A stretch of 64,000 nucleotides of DNA from a virus (IMGVR_UViG_642918914_000001:1-64000); one strand, 5' to 3'; counted from the first letter of the stretch, positions 9,901 through 18,709 are shown. The notes: generated by a model from the letters alone, not told the origin. A program made the numbers and translations.

Positions 9901-10356
9901 ATGGCAAAAGCTAAAGAAGCAGTCAAGCCGTACAACATGGTGCTCGTTCGCGAGTCGGTGCAGGGATGTGATGAAGGATATGTTGTGGTCGCGTATCGTA
10001 GCGATCCCACGAACAAGGTTCGCCGCCGCGATCTGCCCGCAACCATGTACTTCGGTTCGGGCCCCTCGCTGAGCGTCACACCCAAGCCCGGTCACGAGTC
10101 GTTCATGCTGGACACGACAGGCAAGCACAAGTCGTGGATAGACAAAGAGGAGCTGAAGGCTGAAGGATACTCGCCCAGTGAGGCGTTCGTCTACTATCGC
10201 CGAGTTCCGCTCACCAAAGAAGAGCAGGCAATGGTCGACCTGTTCGACGAAATCCTGGCGCGTGCCACCTTGCCCGTCGATCTGAAAGAACGGATCACGG
10301 CGTACCTCAAGGAAATTCAAGAAGGCACTGTGGACGACCCAGTCGTCTCGATCTAA
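9901..10356 (+). CDS. Hypothetical protein
   Basis: AAGGA RBS, ATG 9901. Confidence 0.7.
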   Translation: MAKAKEAVKPYNMVLVRESVQGCDEGYVVVAYRSDPTNKVRRRDLPATMYFGSGPSLSVTPKPGHESFMLDTTGKHKSWIDKEELKAEGYSPSEAFVYYRRVPLTKEEQAMVDLFDEILARATLPVDLKERITAYLKEIQEGTVDDPVVSI

Positions 10357-10381
10357 CTATCACATCAACCGGAGCAACATC

Positions 10382-10918
10382 ATGAACCAAGACACCCAAG
10401 ACCTGATCAAGAAGCGCGACGCGAAGCTCACTCGCCTGAAGTTCACCCCGTCGGCTGCGCCACGCACGTTGGTGGACGGCTGGTTCGCCGACATCACCAA
10501 GCAGCAGGTCTTCGATCGCGTGGTCGCGTTCCTCGTTCTGCAGGGGAAACAGTCGCGGGGTACCGAGAGTGGCGTGCCCTACTGCATGTATCGTGGCACG
10601 AGCAAGTCCATGTGTGCCGCAGGCTGTCTGCTGCCCGACGCGTTCTACGATCGCAAGGCACAAGAAGGCGTGGATTTCTACGGTGTGCTGCGTCGCATTG
10701 AGCGAAGCACGATACCCGGCGCACGTGACTGGGTGAAGATGGTCCTGCCGTTCCGTGATCTGATCCAAAAACTGCAAGAGGCGCACGATGCATTCAATCG
10801 CAAGGTGAGCGCACATCCCGACTTCCTGTCGGCGTTCTTGCATGAAGCGGCGCTGCTGGCCCAAGCGTACGACCTGCAAATGGATCCGTTCATGTATCGC
10901 CAACTGCTGGACGCCTGA
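10382..10918 (+). CDS. Hypothetical phage protein
   Basis: GGAG RBS; CMYRG...CAAGCLLPD...LQEAHD pattern seen in phage hypotheticals. Confidence 0.75.
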   Translation: MNQDTQDLIKKRDAKLTRLKFTPSAAPRTLVDGWFADITKQQVFDRVVAFLVLQGKQSRGTESGVPYCMYRGTSKSMCAAGCLLPDAFYDRKAQEGVDFYGVLRRIERSTIPGARDWVKMVLPFRDLIQKLQEAHDAFNRKVSAHPDFLSAFLHEAALLAQAYDLQMDPFMYRQLLDA

Positions 10919-11108
10919 TCATGTGCCTTCCATTCCTTCACAAGTGGACCAAGTGGGAAGTCAAAAGCCGCGCCTCGCTTCAGATGGACATCCTCAACGA
11001 GCAAGGTAAGCGATTCACGCACACCGTGCCTGAGGGCATCGCCCATCAGGAGCGTGTCTGTCAGCGATGCGGCCGCTTGCAAATCCGCATCACAACCGCC
11101 AAACTATA

Positions 11109-11483
11109 ATGGACATCGTTCTGCTCCAACCACACACCGTTGAGTTCGTTCCCACACCGTTCCAGTTCGCCGGGTATCAGAAGGGTGCCCAGGACTGGCT
11201 CAAGCAGTGGACCGTGCCCAACAACTTCAAGTCGGTCATCACCAAGAACAGCAAGTACCTGAATCTGGATATTGAGGCAGTGGTCAATGCGTGGTTTCAT
11301 CAGTTGAACGCAGACGCGCGACACGCGATCGGCTACATGCTTCCGCCTGAAGTGCGGGAAACGTATGAATTCACCAAGGACTTCATCTTCCGCTACAAGG
11401 TGCTCAAGCTCGAATGGGGCCAGCAATTCTGGCTGGCCGACGGCGTCATCCATACGGCAGCGTTCACCAAGCCTACGCAGTAA
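11109..11483 (+). CDS. Hypothetical protein
   Basis: Coupled to the small ORF 10921-11109. Confidence 0.65.
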   Translation: MDIVLLQPHTVEFVPTPFQFAGYQKGAQDWLKQWTVPNNFKSVITKNSKYLNLDIEAVVNAWFHQLNADARHAIGYMLPPEVRETYEFTKDFIFRYKVLKLEWGQQFWLADGVIHTAAFTKPTQ

Positions 11484-11517
11484 ATGAAGTAGAGCCCCTC
11501 AACAATCAAGGACAATC

Positions 11518-11811
11518 ATGTTCACAGCAGAGCAAGCACGTAGCACCTATCTCGAGAACTGCCAGCGTCAAGCCGACGAGCATCTCGAGAAGATCGGCCA
11601 ACTCATCGAGAAGCTGTCGGTGGATCGACTGACCACCGCCTGCGATCTGGAAGCTAACCTGCACGTGCGCGAGCGCGTGGTGCAGGGTCTGCAGGAGGCC
11701 GGGTATCACGTCACCTGCACGGGCATCAACGAGCCTCTGACCGAACGCGACGTGTCTGACCAACTCCCAGTGGAGGAAGTCGAGACGTACGAGCTGACCA
11801 TTAGCTGGTAA
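11518..11811 (+). CDS. Hypothetical protein
   Basis: AAGGA RBS. Confidence 0.7.
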   Translation: MFTAEQARSTYLENCQRQADEHLEKIGQLIEKLSVDRLTTACDLEANLHVRERVVQGLQEAGYHVTCTGINEPLTERDVSDQLPVEEVETYELTISW

Positions 11812-11844
11812 GCCCCATATTCACCAACAAACAAGACACCCATC

Positions 11845-12210
11845 ATGGACAATCAGCCCTCACAAATTTCGGTCGCCGATATGCTGGAAATCGGCATGAC
11901 AGAGGTTCAGCGCAACTTCAACGCCATCATCGGTGGCCTGAAGGAATTCAATCAAAGTGGTCTGGCGGTAGCCGCTACTGCCCGCGCATTGCAGGAACTG
12001 CATGCCTTGGCTGCGCAGCAAAAGCAACTGGAGGCCCAGATCAAGGCACTTCGGAAGGTGTGGGAAGCTACTGAAGATTGGTTGGACTCCCGCGAAAAGC
12101 CAGCCACTCCCACAGAAGTGGCGGACGGTGCCTTGGCAACGGTGGACGACTCGATCGCTGAGTTCAACAACCATCTCATGATGGTTCTGGCGCAGGCCGC
12201 CAAGGAGTAA
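11845..12210 (+). CDS. Coiled-coil hypothetical protein
   Basis: Heptad-rich LQELHALAAQQKQLEAQIKAL. Confidence 0.7.
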   Translation: MDNQPSQISVADMLEIGMTEVQRNFNAIIGGLKEFNQSGLAVAATARALQELHALAAQQKQLEAQIKALRKVWEATEDWLDSREKPATPTEVADGALATVDDSIAEFNNHLMMVLAQAAKE

Positions 12211-12214
12211 GACC

Positions 12215-12694
12215 GTGGATCACTTCCAGAAAGAGCTACAGCAGATCCGCGACGGTATCGACGAGCGCATCCGCGAATTCGGCCACACGTTCGTAGGCGT
12301 CTTTCCCACGGCGGAGGACCCCACCCCGGTCACGCCCTTCATGTACACGGTGGGACTCACCGCGAAGGGCTGGCCCGAGATCATCGCCACCGGCAATCTG
12401 TCGGTGCGTGCGATGCAGTGGTGTCTTGGGGCAGTTGTCAGCACCATGGAGAAGGAGGGCGCTGACTTCCGTACCGGCATCCGCCACGATCTGTTCAACT
12501 TCAAGTGCGAGCTGCGCTGGGTCACAAGCGAAGAGCTGCGCATGGAATACGCGGTGCACGCTACCCGCTTGTATGGCGACAACGTGCGAGTGCTGCAACT
12601 GGTCTGGACCGACGATCAGAACCGATTACCGGACGAACCGGGCTATGACGCTCAGCGCTTCATTCAGCAGGTGTTCCCTGCCACTGACCAATGA
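12215..12694 (+). CDS. DUF4262-family protein
   Basis: PFMYTVGL...GWPEII...VLQLVWTD...LPDEPGY motifs. Confidence 0.75.
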   Translation: MDHFQKELQQIRDGIDERIREFGHTFVGVFPTAEDPTPVTPFMYTVGLTAKGWPEIIATGNLSVRAMQWCLGAVVSTMEKEGADFRTGIRHDLFNFKCELRWVTSEELRMEYAVHATRLYGDNVRVLQLVWTDDQNRLPDEPGYDAQRFIQQVFPATDQ

Positions 12695-12876
12695 CCCCCG
12701 AACACGCAACTGACACCCTCGTGCGCATGGCCCGAGGTAGCAAGGCAACCATGGGCATCATGGTGATGCTCTACACTCTCGGCAAGGATCAATGGCGACG
12801 AGAGAAGCGAGCTGCTCGGCTCACAGCCAATCGCCGTAAGAAGCAGCGTCGCGCACGCACAGGACGTCGATCATGA
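12691..12876 (+). CDS. Small Arg-rich protein
   Basis: ATGA overlaps on both sides. Confidence 0.55.
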   Translation: MTPEHATDTLVRMARGSKATMGIMVMLYTLGKDQWRREKRAARLTANRRKKQRRARTGRRS

Positions 12877-13103
12877 ACGCGCTCCAATACGTCACCGACA
12901 TGAGCGCCGTGTGCGGCGGCTTCTTCTCTATGGAGAAGCCCTGCACCAAGGCCAGTGGATCGGAGATCCGTCGCTGGATCCAACAGTCGTCTATCGTTGT
13001 GAACGGGCAAGTGGTGCGCGACCCGAAGGCTGTTATCGCACTGCCTGTCACCAGTTTCGTGCTGTTTCCCAAGTCACCCAAGAAGCGCATCACCATTCTA
13101 TGA
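12873..13103 (+). CDS. Stand-alone S4-like RNA-binding domain protein
   Basis: SGSEIRRWIQQSSIVVNGQVVRDP matches the S4 motif SxSEARRLIxxGxVxVNG. Confidence 0.7.
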   Translation: MNALQYVTDMSAVCGGFFSMEKPCTKASGSEIRRWIQQSSIVVNGQVVRDPKAVIALPVTSFVLFPKSPKKRITIL

Positions 13104-13210
13104 TGGATCTCGACGACCTGACCTTTGTTCCTGGCTTTGTGCTGGGCATTGTTATCGGACTAGCCGCTGGTCTCCTGCTTTGCGGCTACCACGCAATCAC
13201 TACCTTCTAA
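13100..13210 (+). CDS. Small membrane peptide
   Basis: MMDLDDLTFVPGFVLGIVIGLAAGLLLCGY; ATGA overlap. Confidence 0.5.
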   Translation: MMDLDDLTFVPGFVLGIVIGLAAGLLLCGYHAITTF

Positions 13211-13236
13211 CCCAAAGACACCCAACGAGGTTACTC

Positions 13237-14217
13237 ATGGACGGCATCATTCGCAAACTCACCCGTGGCGCATACGACATCCAGCAACTGCGCATCGCAA
13301 CCGGACTGCGCGTCGTTGCACAATTCCGCGATCGGTTCAACGTGCCGGAACCCGTGACCGACGTGCAACTGGATCATGCAACGACGGGCGAAGCGCGTGC
13401 GGCACTCGACGCCGAGGCCAAGGAAAAGGCGGACAAGCAACGCGACGCCCTGCTCAAGCAGATCCGCATTCACTTCGACCGCGTGACCGATGGCATCGTT
13501 GCCACCCAACGCCGCAAGACCTATCACTTCGACGACGTGTTCAAGGACGAGACCGACGTGTGGTTCATGGAGAACTACATGGGGATTCTGGACCAGGAAC
13601 AGCAGGCGTTCAAGCGTCTGGAGCGCGCACTTGGCAAGAACGGCTTCTACAATGACTGGCTGGCGAACGTCAAGGGCATCGGCCCGGCGATGGCTGGCGT
13701 TCTCATCTCGGAACTCGATCCGTACCGCGCCAAGTACCCGTCCAGCTTCTGGAAGTACTCGGGGCTGGATGTGGTGACGGTCGTCGATCCCGAAACGCAT
13801 GACATCGTCCGCACCGAGGGGCGCCGCAACTTCAAGCATCACCTCGTGGAGTCCACATACACGGACCGCGATGGCAAGGAACAGACGAAGATGGGGCTGT
13901 CGTACAACCCATGGCTCAAGACCAAGCTGCTCGCGGTGATGGCACCCTCCTTCCTCAAGTGCTCGCACCCGGTCTACAGCAAGATGTACTACGACTACAA
14001 GCTCCGCCAGTTGAATCGGCCCGAGCTCAAGGACAACAAGGCGGTGAAGGCCATCGCCCACAAGCGCGCACTGCGCTACGTGGCCAAGATGTTCCTGCGC
14101 GATCTGCATACGGCATGGCGCACGTATGAGGGGCTGGAAGTCTATCCGTCGTACGAGGAAGCGAAGCTGGGCATGACCCACGGTCGCGATCCTTCGGCTG
14201 AAGCCGCACGTCAGTAA
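13237..14217 (+). CDS. tasA: TIGR-associated Tas protein, TasA-like (coiled-coil plus Nop/IS110-related RNA-binding domain, no RuvC or HNH)
   Basis: GAGG RBS and ATG 13237. VKGIGPAMAGVLISEL...SSFWKYSGL...YNPWLKT...YYDYK...AHKRALRYVAKMFL is the IS110 C-terminal/Nop-like pattern; no N-terminal DEDD RuvC motif; directly followed by a 36-nt dual-repeat array. Confidence 0.88.
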   Translation: MDGIIRKLTRGAYDIQQLRIATGLRVVAQFRDRFNVPEPVTDVQLDHATTGEARAALDAEAKEKADKQRDALLKQIRIHFDRVTDGIVATQRRKTYHFDDVFKDETDVWFMENYMGILDQEQQAFKRLERALGKNGFYNDWLANVKGIGPAMAGVLISELDPYRAKYPSSFWKYSGLDVVTVVDPETHDIVRTEGRRNFKHHLVESTYTDRDGKEQTKMGLSYNPWLKTKLLAVMAPSFLKCSHPVYSKMYYDYKLRQLNRPELKDNKAVKAIAHKRALRYVAKMFLRDLHTAWRTYEGLEVYPSYEEAKLGMTHGRDPSAEAARQ

Positions 14218-14225
14218 AGCAAGAA

Positions 14226-14245
14226 CAGGGACCTTCGGGTCCCTG
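14226..14245 (+). promoter_or_regulatory. C(UUCG)G hairpin at the 5' end of the array (no U-tract)
   Basis: CAGGGACC-TTCG-GGTCCCTG followed by CCAAAC, 12 nt before the first repeat. Confidence 0.7.
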
Positions 14246-14257
14246 CCAAACAGGAGA

Positions 14258-15590
14258 AGTCATCCTACGATAAATAGCGCACCAGAAGCGCAAAGACTCC
14301 CCTATAGCGGTGGTGTACCCTGTGAACTAAGACAACCATTGCTAGGTAGTGAGTCAATATCATACAGTCATCCTATAGATGAGAGCGCATCATTGTGCTA
14401 AAGACACCCATACTCAGTGAGTGATCGAGCCACAGAAGTCCTCCTTGGCAGGAGAGTGATCCTATGGAACAAAGAAACCCGAGATCATAGAGTGTGCCTC
14501 TTGAAATGTAGTCACCCTATAAAAGCGAGCGACCTCAGAGATAAAGTCACCCCAATAGTTGTAGTGTGCCCGCAGTAGCAAGTCACCCAAGTCCGATCCT
14601 AGCGACTCTTCTACGAAAGCAACCCATCGCAGCTTAGTGTTCCTTCCAATGGCAGTCATCCAGTATCATAGAGTGCACCCGTCCGCCGTGAGCCCGCCGT
14701 AATAGCGCAGTGCATACCTAAAAAGCTAAGTCACCCTGAGAGATGCTAGTGAGCCACGAACCGGAGACACCCGATATAGTACAGCGCTCCACGAATATGG
14801 AGGCATCCAACCAAGAGTAGTGACCCAAACGCAAGATTCATCCCAGAGACACAAGTGCTCCATGTGCGCGAAAGTAACCCCAAAGAAGGGAGAGCACCTG
14901 ACTGACCTAGTCACCCCTTAGTACACAGTGTTCCTTTGTAGTCAAGTCCTCCAGAAACAAGGAGTGAGTCCGTAAACTGCTAGACATCCATTAACGCAAA
15001 GTGTGTCATCATGGGGGGAGTCAGCCACAGAGCAGTAGCGAGCCTACAAAACTAAGACACCCAGAAAAGTGAAGCGCGCCGCATCAGGCTAGTCACCCTT
15101 AGAATTGAAGTGCACCTAGGATACGAAGACGCCCCATATCAGCTAGTGCGCCACCCGAATGAAGGCATCCTCCCTTGTTTAGCGGCCCTATGACGTAAGG
15201 CACCCTCATCATGCCAGCGGCCTTGTAAGATGAGACACCCGTTTCACATGAGTGAACCGACCGGTATAAGGCAACCTCGGTATGCCAGTGACCCGAGAAC
15301 CAAAGACAACCGATCCCCTCTAGTGCGTCCACCCGAAATAGAACACCCGAGCCACGAGCGCTCCGTTCAAGATTAGTCACCCGTTATTGCCAAGAGCACC
15401 AGAACAATCCAGCCTCCCGTTACACAGGAGTGAGCCCTCATGTCAGAGTCAGCCATAAAGGCATAGTGACCCGCGTTCTCAAGTCCCCCAATCTACATGA
15501 GTGACCCTTAGTTCCAAGACCTCCTTAACTCTTGAGTGTGCCTGTTGCAGTGAGCAATCCCATTGTATGCAGCGTGCCCTGACGTCTCCT
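14258..15590 (+). repeat. TIGR-type tandem interspaced guide RNA array, 37 units of ~36 nt
   Basis: Repeat 1 (AGNCACCC-like) starts at 14258, 14294, 14330, 14366, 14402 ... 15517, 15553 and alternates with repeat 2 (AGYGNNCC-like); each is followed by a unique ~10-nt spacer, e.g. AGTCATCC-TACGATAAAT-AGCGCACC-AGAAGCGCAA. Non-coding and more A-rich than the flanks. Confidence 0.9.
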
Positions 15591-15642
15591 CTCGAAAGCA
15601 AGCTACGCAGCCTTCACATCTAACCAGAACCTGGAGCAGTAA

Positions 15643-16605
15643 ATGACTGTTGAATACCTCATCCCTCGTTCCCTTACGTACGTGGAACGCGACTGCCAAC
15701 CGCTGGGACTGGCACGTGCGCTCAAAGCGCTGTCTCATGAATTCGATCCGCCAACAGCGCGTATCGCCGACGAGAATGCGAGTCGGCTTGCCGCAGAGCT
15801 TGGCTTCTTTGAGATGAAGGAGCCTACGCCGTCTGCGCGACTCGACTGCATCCGTTTGATGCGCGAGCGCGTGGCTGTCTATCTCAAGAAGCGCTTCGAG
15901 CATCTGATGCCTGAGCCCATGTGCGCCACTTACGACTGGGCAGCGGACATGGAACTCGTACTGATGCGGTCTTACAAGCCTGAGATTGGCCGCTGCACAC
16001 CCATGGCGCGCACGGTCAACATGAGCGTGTTGGAAGTGGAAGAGAAGGAAGCCTTGGCGGCGCCTCGTCCTCCGCTTGTGTCGGGCATCAACTCCACGTT
16101 TCAGCCTCTGACGAAGAAGGCATATACACGCTCGCAGTACGCACACGGCGACTGTCGTGTAGCCGAGGTGTTGAATGACGTGCGTGCCTGCATTCCGATC
16201 CCTGACATTCAGTTCTTCATCGTCGTGCGCACAGTGCAGACTGCCGACGTTCTTGCCTGGGCGTGCACCCAGTTCATGCCAGATGAGTTGGTACTCACTC
16301 TTACGGGCACGACCAGCTCCGACGAGCGGCAGCGTTCCATCGAGGCATTCAACAATGGGCACTGCAAAGTGCTGATCGCCACGTTCCACATGCTTCAGGG
16401 CTTTCGCTTTGCAAAGCGGCCAGCGATAGCGGTAAGCTCCACGGCTCCCTGCTACGAAGAAGACGCAAATCAGATCCTCGGCCGGCTGAACGCAGATACG
16501 CCGGTGGTCCACACCAACTTGGCAGTGTGGCGCATCCACACCAACTTGGCAGTGTGGCGCATCCAGGACCACGAAGACCGCCAACACTGTGCACAGGAGG
16601 ACTGA
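15643..16605 (+). CDS. Protein with SF2 helicase C-terminal-like domain
   Basis: LTGTTSSDERQRSIEAFNNGHCKVLIAT...QGF...QILGRL; no clear Walker A or DExH half. Confidence 0.6.
   Translation: MTVEYLIPRSLTYVERDCQPLGLARALKALSHEFDPPTARIADENASRLAAELGFFEMKEPTPSARLDCIRLMRERVAVYLKKRFEHLMPEPMCATYDWAADMELVLMRSYKPEIGRCTPMARTVNMSVLEVEEKEALAAPRPPLVSGINSTFQPLTKKAYTRSQYAHGDCRVAEVLNDVRACIPIPDIQFFIVVRTVQTADVLAWACTQFMPDELVLTLTGTTSSDERQRSIEAFNNGHCKVLIATFHMLQGFRFAKRPAIAVSSTAPCYEEDANQILGRLNADTPVVHTNLAVWRIHTNLAVWRIQDHEDRQHCAQED
16508..16565 (+). repeat. 27-bp in-frame tandem duplication
   Basis: TCCACACCAACTTGGCAGTGTGGCGCA x2, giving HTNLAVWRI twice. Confidence 0.9.
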
Positions 16606-16607
16606 TC

Positions 16608-16814
16608 ATGGCGCTGACCTACGAAGAACTTCTGCACATGAAGCATACGTTGGACACAACGCGTGACGACGATCGCGGCCATCATTACCTGCCGGAGAAG
16701 TACAGCCAGGACCTGAGCAAGTGCATCAACCTTGTGAACCGCGAGCTGCGCGCCCTGAAAAAGGTGAAGGATTTACAGGCCATAGGTCGCGCAAAACTGG
16801 GTGTTGCGAAATGA
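16608..16814 (+). CDS. Hypothetical protein
   Basis: AGGAGG RBS. Confidence 0.6.
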   Translation: MALTYEELLHMKHTLDTTRDDDRGHHYLPEKYSQDLSKCINLVNRELRALKKVKDLQAIGRAKLGVAK

Positions 16815-16862
16815 CAACAGTGGCGGGTGCCCCTTGTGGGCGCCCCCGCTTTGTGGCATAAT
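16801..16862 (+). promoter_or_regulatory. Early promoter module
   Basis: TGTTGCGAAATGACAACA (inverted version of the palindrome), then TTGTGG-17 nt-CATAAT with TG extension. Confidence 0.7.
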
Positions 16863-16914
16863 GAACGCACCGCAGTAGTACACGTTCCACTTCTCCCATC
16901 GAAACGGAGGCCGT

Positions 16915-17271
16915 ATGCAATTCCCTTACCTGAACACCTGCGCACGTGTGATGATTTGCGATTTCATCATGGGCTGTCGAGACTACGAAAAGCTGTCTCA
17001 AATCCAGCGTGAGCAGGTAGACCGCGCCGCGCAGGTGGCAGTCGAAAATCTGTCGCAGTTCTTCCCTGCTTCTCGCATCAAATCCACGGAGCGGTGGCTG
17101 CGCAAGCAATACGATGAGCAGCCCGAAGACCTCATCGCCATGTCTATCGGTGACGACATCACAAGCGAAGGCGACATGGGAATCACGTACGAACACGACG
17201 ACTTCATCGTGACTGTCCCGCGTCGCCATGACGAGGTCTTGTCCGAACTCGGCGAAATCGTGGGGGCCTGA
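16915..17271 (+). CDS. Hypothetical early protein
   Basis: CTCCCATCGAAACGGAG leader. Confidence 0.7.
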   Translation: MQFPYLNTCARVMICDFIMGCRDYEKLSQIQREQVDRAAQVAVENLSQFFPASRIKSTERWLRKQYDEQPEDLIAMSIGDDITSEGDMGITYEHDDFIVTVPRRHDEVLSELGEIVGA

Positions 17272-17273
17272 CC

Positions 17274-17870
17274 ATGGCACGTTCTCCTAGCGAGAACGTA
17301 GAACTCTGTCTGCAGTCGCTCGTTGAGAACGCTCCTGGATGTCTGTTGCATCCGGCGTTCCACGAGCGTCTTGGCTTTAAGGGACTCTACGTTCGTGATC
17401 TCCTGCGCGACGGCAGTCGCGGCTATGCAACGGTGCAGGGCACCATCTTTCTTGGTGCACGCAGCACCGTCAAGTTTCGCACGCCCAGTCCGTACTCCGT
17501 GCCCGGCGGCAAGTCCGACATGTCGCCCACGGGAGTGCTGTCCCACGAGTTTGGACACATCTTGCAGTTCGCGCTGGCAGGCGCACGCCGCAACGATCTA
17601 CTGCAAGAGCAGCGCGCCATCTACACCGACGATCGTCGCAACGGCATTACCGGCTATGGCCGCAGTCACTGGCAGGAAGACTTCGCAGAAGCGCATCGCC
17701 TCTATCTACTGAACCCGGATCTGCTCCGCACGTTGAGCGTCGAGCGCCTGAAGCTGGTAGAGCGTTGCTATCGCGCTGTTCTTGGCTGTCTGCCACGTCA
17801 CAAGCAGTTTTCTGTCGTACGCCGCCAGCGGGCGTCGCTGCTGGGCAACATGCTTCGGAGTCCATCATGA
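17274..17870 (+). CDS. Zincin-like metallopeptidase
   Basis: VLSHEFGH (HExxH) and TGYGRSHWQEDFAE. Confidence 0.75.
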   Translation: MARSPSENVELCLQSLVENAPGCLLHPAFHERLGFKGLYVRDLLRDGSRGYATVQGTIFLGARSTVKFRTPSPYSVPGGKSDMSPTGVLSHEFGHILQFALAGARRNDLLQEQRAIYTDDRRNGITGYGRSHWQEDFAEAHRLYLLNPDLLRTLSVERLKLVERCYRAVLGCLPRHKQFSVVRRQRASLLGNMLRSPS

Positions 17871-18163
17871 AGCTGAATCAAGTGGCCCAAGGCCAGCAAT
17901 TCCTGAAGTCGTGTGACATCCGCGCCAACTTCTTCGCAGCGATACGCGACCCCGAGGCTCCAACGCGTGAGGTCCTCGTGTTCCGCACCCATCTTACGGT
18001 GGAGGTGGTTGTTGCGCGTCTCGCTGCGTACATGCATGTGAAGCGTGTGGACTTGGATGGCGGAGATCGCATGGTCCACGTGCGACTGCCTGCGGGCGGC
18101 ACTGGCCGTATCCACGTGCAACGCACTCCGTCGTTCACCCGCATTCGCTTCTTGGAGCAATGA
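17867..18163 (+). CDS. Hypothetical protein
   Basis: ATGA overlap. Confidence 0.55.
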   Translation: MKLNQVAQGQQFLKSCDIRANFFAAIRDPEAPTREVLVFRTHLTVEVVVARLAAYMHVKRVDLDGGDRMVHVRLPAGGTGRIHVQRTPSFTRIRFLEQ

Positions 18164-18373
18164 TGCTTGACTTCCACTCTATCCAAACGTCCGATCGTGT
18201 TCGTGCGCGTCTGGGATTGCGTCCTGAATTCAGGACGGACCTTTTAGCGGAAGGTGCGTTGGATGCACCAAGTCGCCTTCCCGCGGGTTCCACCGAACGC
18301 ATCGACTGGAGTCCGACCGAGGTCTTCTCGACGACGTCCGTCACGTTCTGCTACTATCGTCGAGGTTAAGTCA

Positions 18374-18706
18374 ATGACCGAGCAGCCTGATCTGTACACC
18401 GAATTCATGGACGCGTTCCGTGCATTCACCGGGGCGTTCGACACTCCGATCGCGCGCCGCCGCCAATCCAACGAGCTGGCTGAAGACGCACGTGAGCGTC
18501 TGCGCCAGTTCGCACAGCGATTCACCACGCTGCGCAACCAACTCGGCCCGTTCACTGAAGCGGAACTCCGACTGTCCGCAGTCCGCGAAGCGCTGCGCGC
18601 TATGACAGAAGAGGAGCGCACGGAGGTCTATCGCGACTACTGCTATCACTGCGGCACGTATCAAGCGGACCACATCCGTGGTTGCCAGTGCTGGAACGAC
18701 GAGTAG
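18374..18706 (+). CDS. Hypothetical protein with C-terminal Cys cluster
   Basis: GAGG RBS; YCYHCG...CQCWNDE. Confidence 0.65.
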   Translation: MTEQPDLYTEFMDAFRAFTGAFDTPIARRRQSNELAEDARERLRQFAQRFTTLRNQLGPFTEAELRLSAVREALRAMTEEERTEVYRDYCYHCGTYQADHIRGCQCWNDE

Positions 18707-18709
18707 ATC

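Noticed and set aside
13216-13223. AGACACCC (repeat-1-like) just upstream of the tas start
   Set aside because: It is a single 8-mer with no 18-nt partner repeat, and the same word precedes an unrelated gene near 11834; probably chance.
13180-14217. IS110/IS1111 insertion sequence transposase
   Set aside because: It lacks the N-terminal DEDD RuvC domain needed for recombination, sits in the phage gene run with typical codon usage, and is followed by a periodic array rather than a single bridge-RNA region.
14462-15380. Short minus-strand ORFs inside the array (14462-14659, 14726-14914, 15099-15380)
   Set aside because: They run against the genome-wide orientation, have atypical composition and are explained by the repeat array.
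14258-15590. CRISPR array
   Set aside because: There is no 23-47 nt conserved repeat and no cas gene; the repeats are 8 nt, degenerate and alternate between two types.
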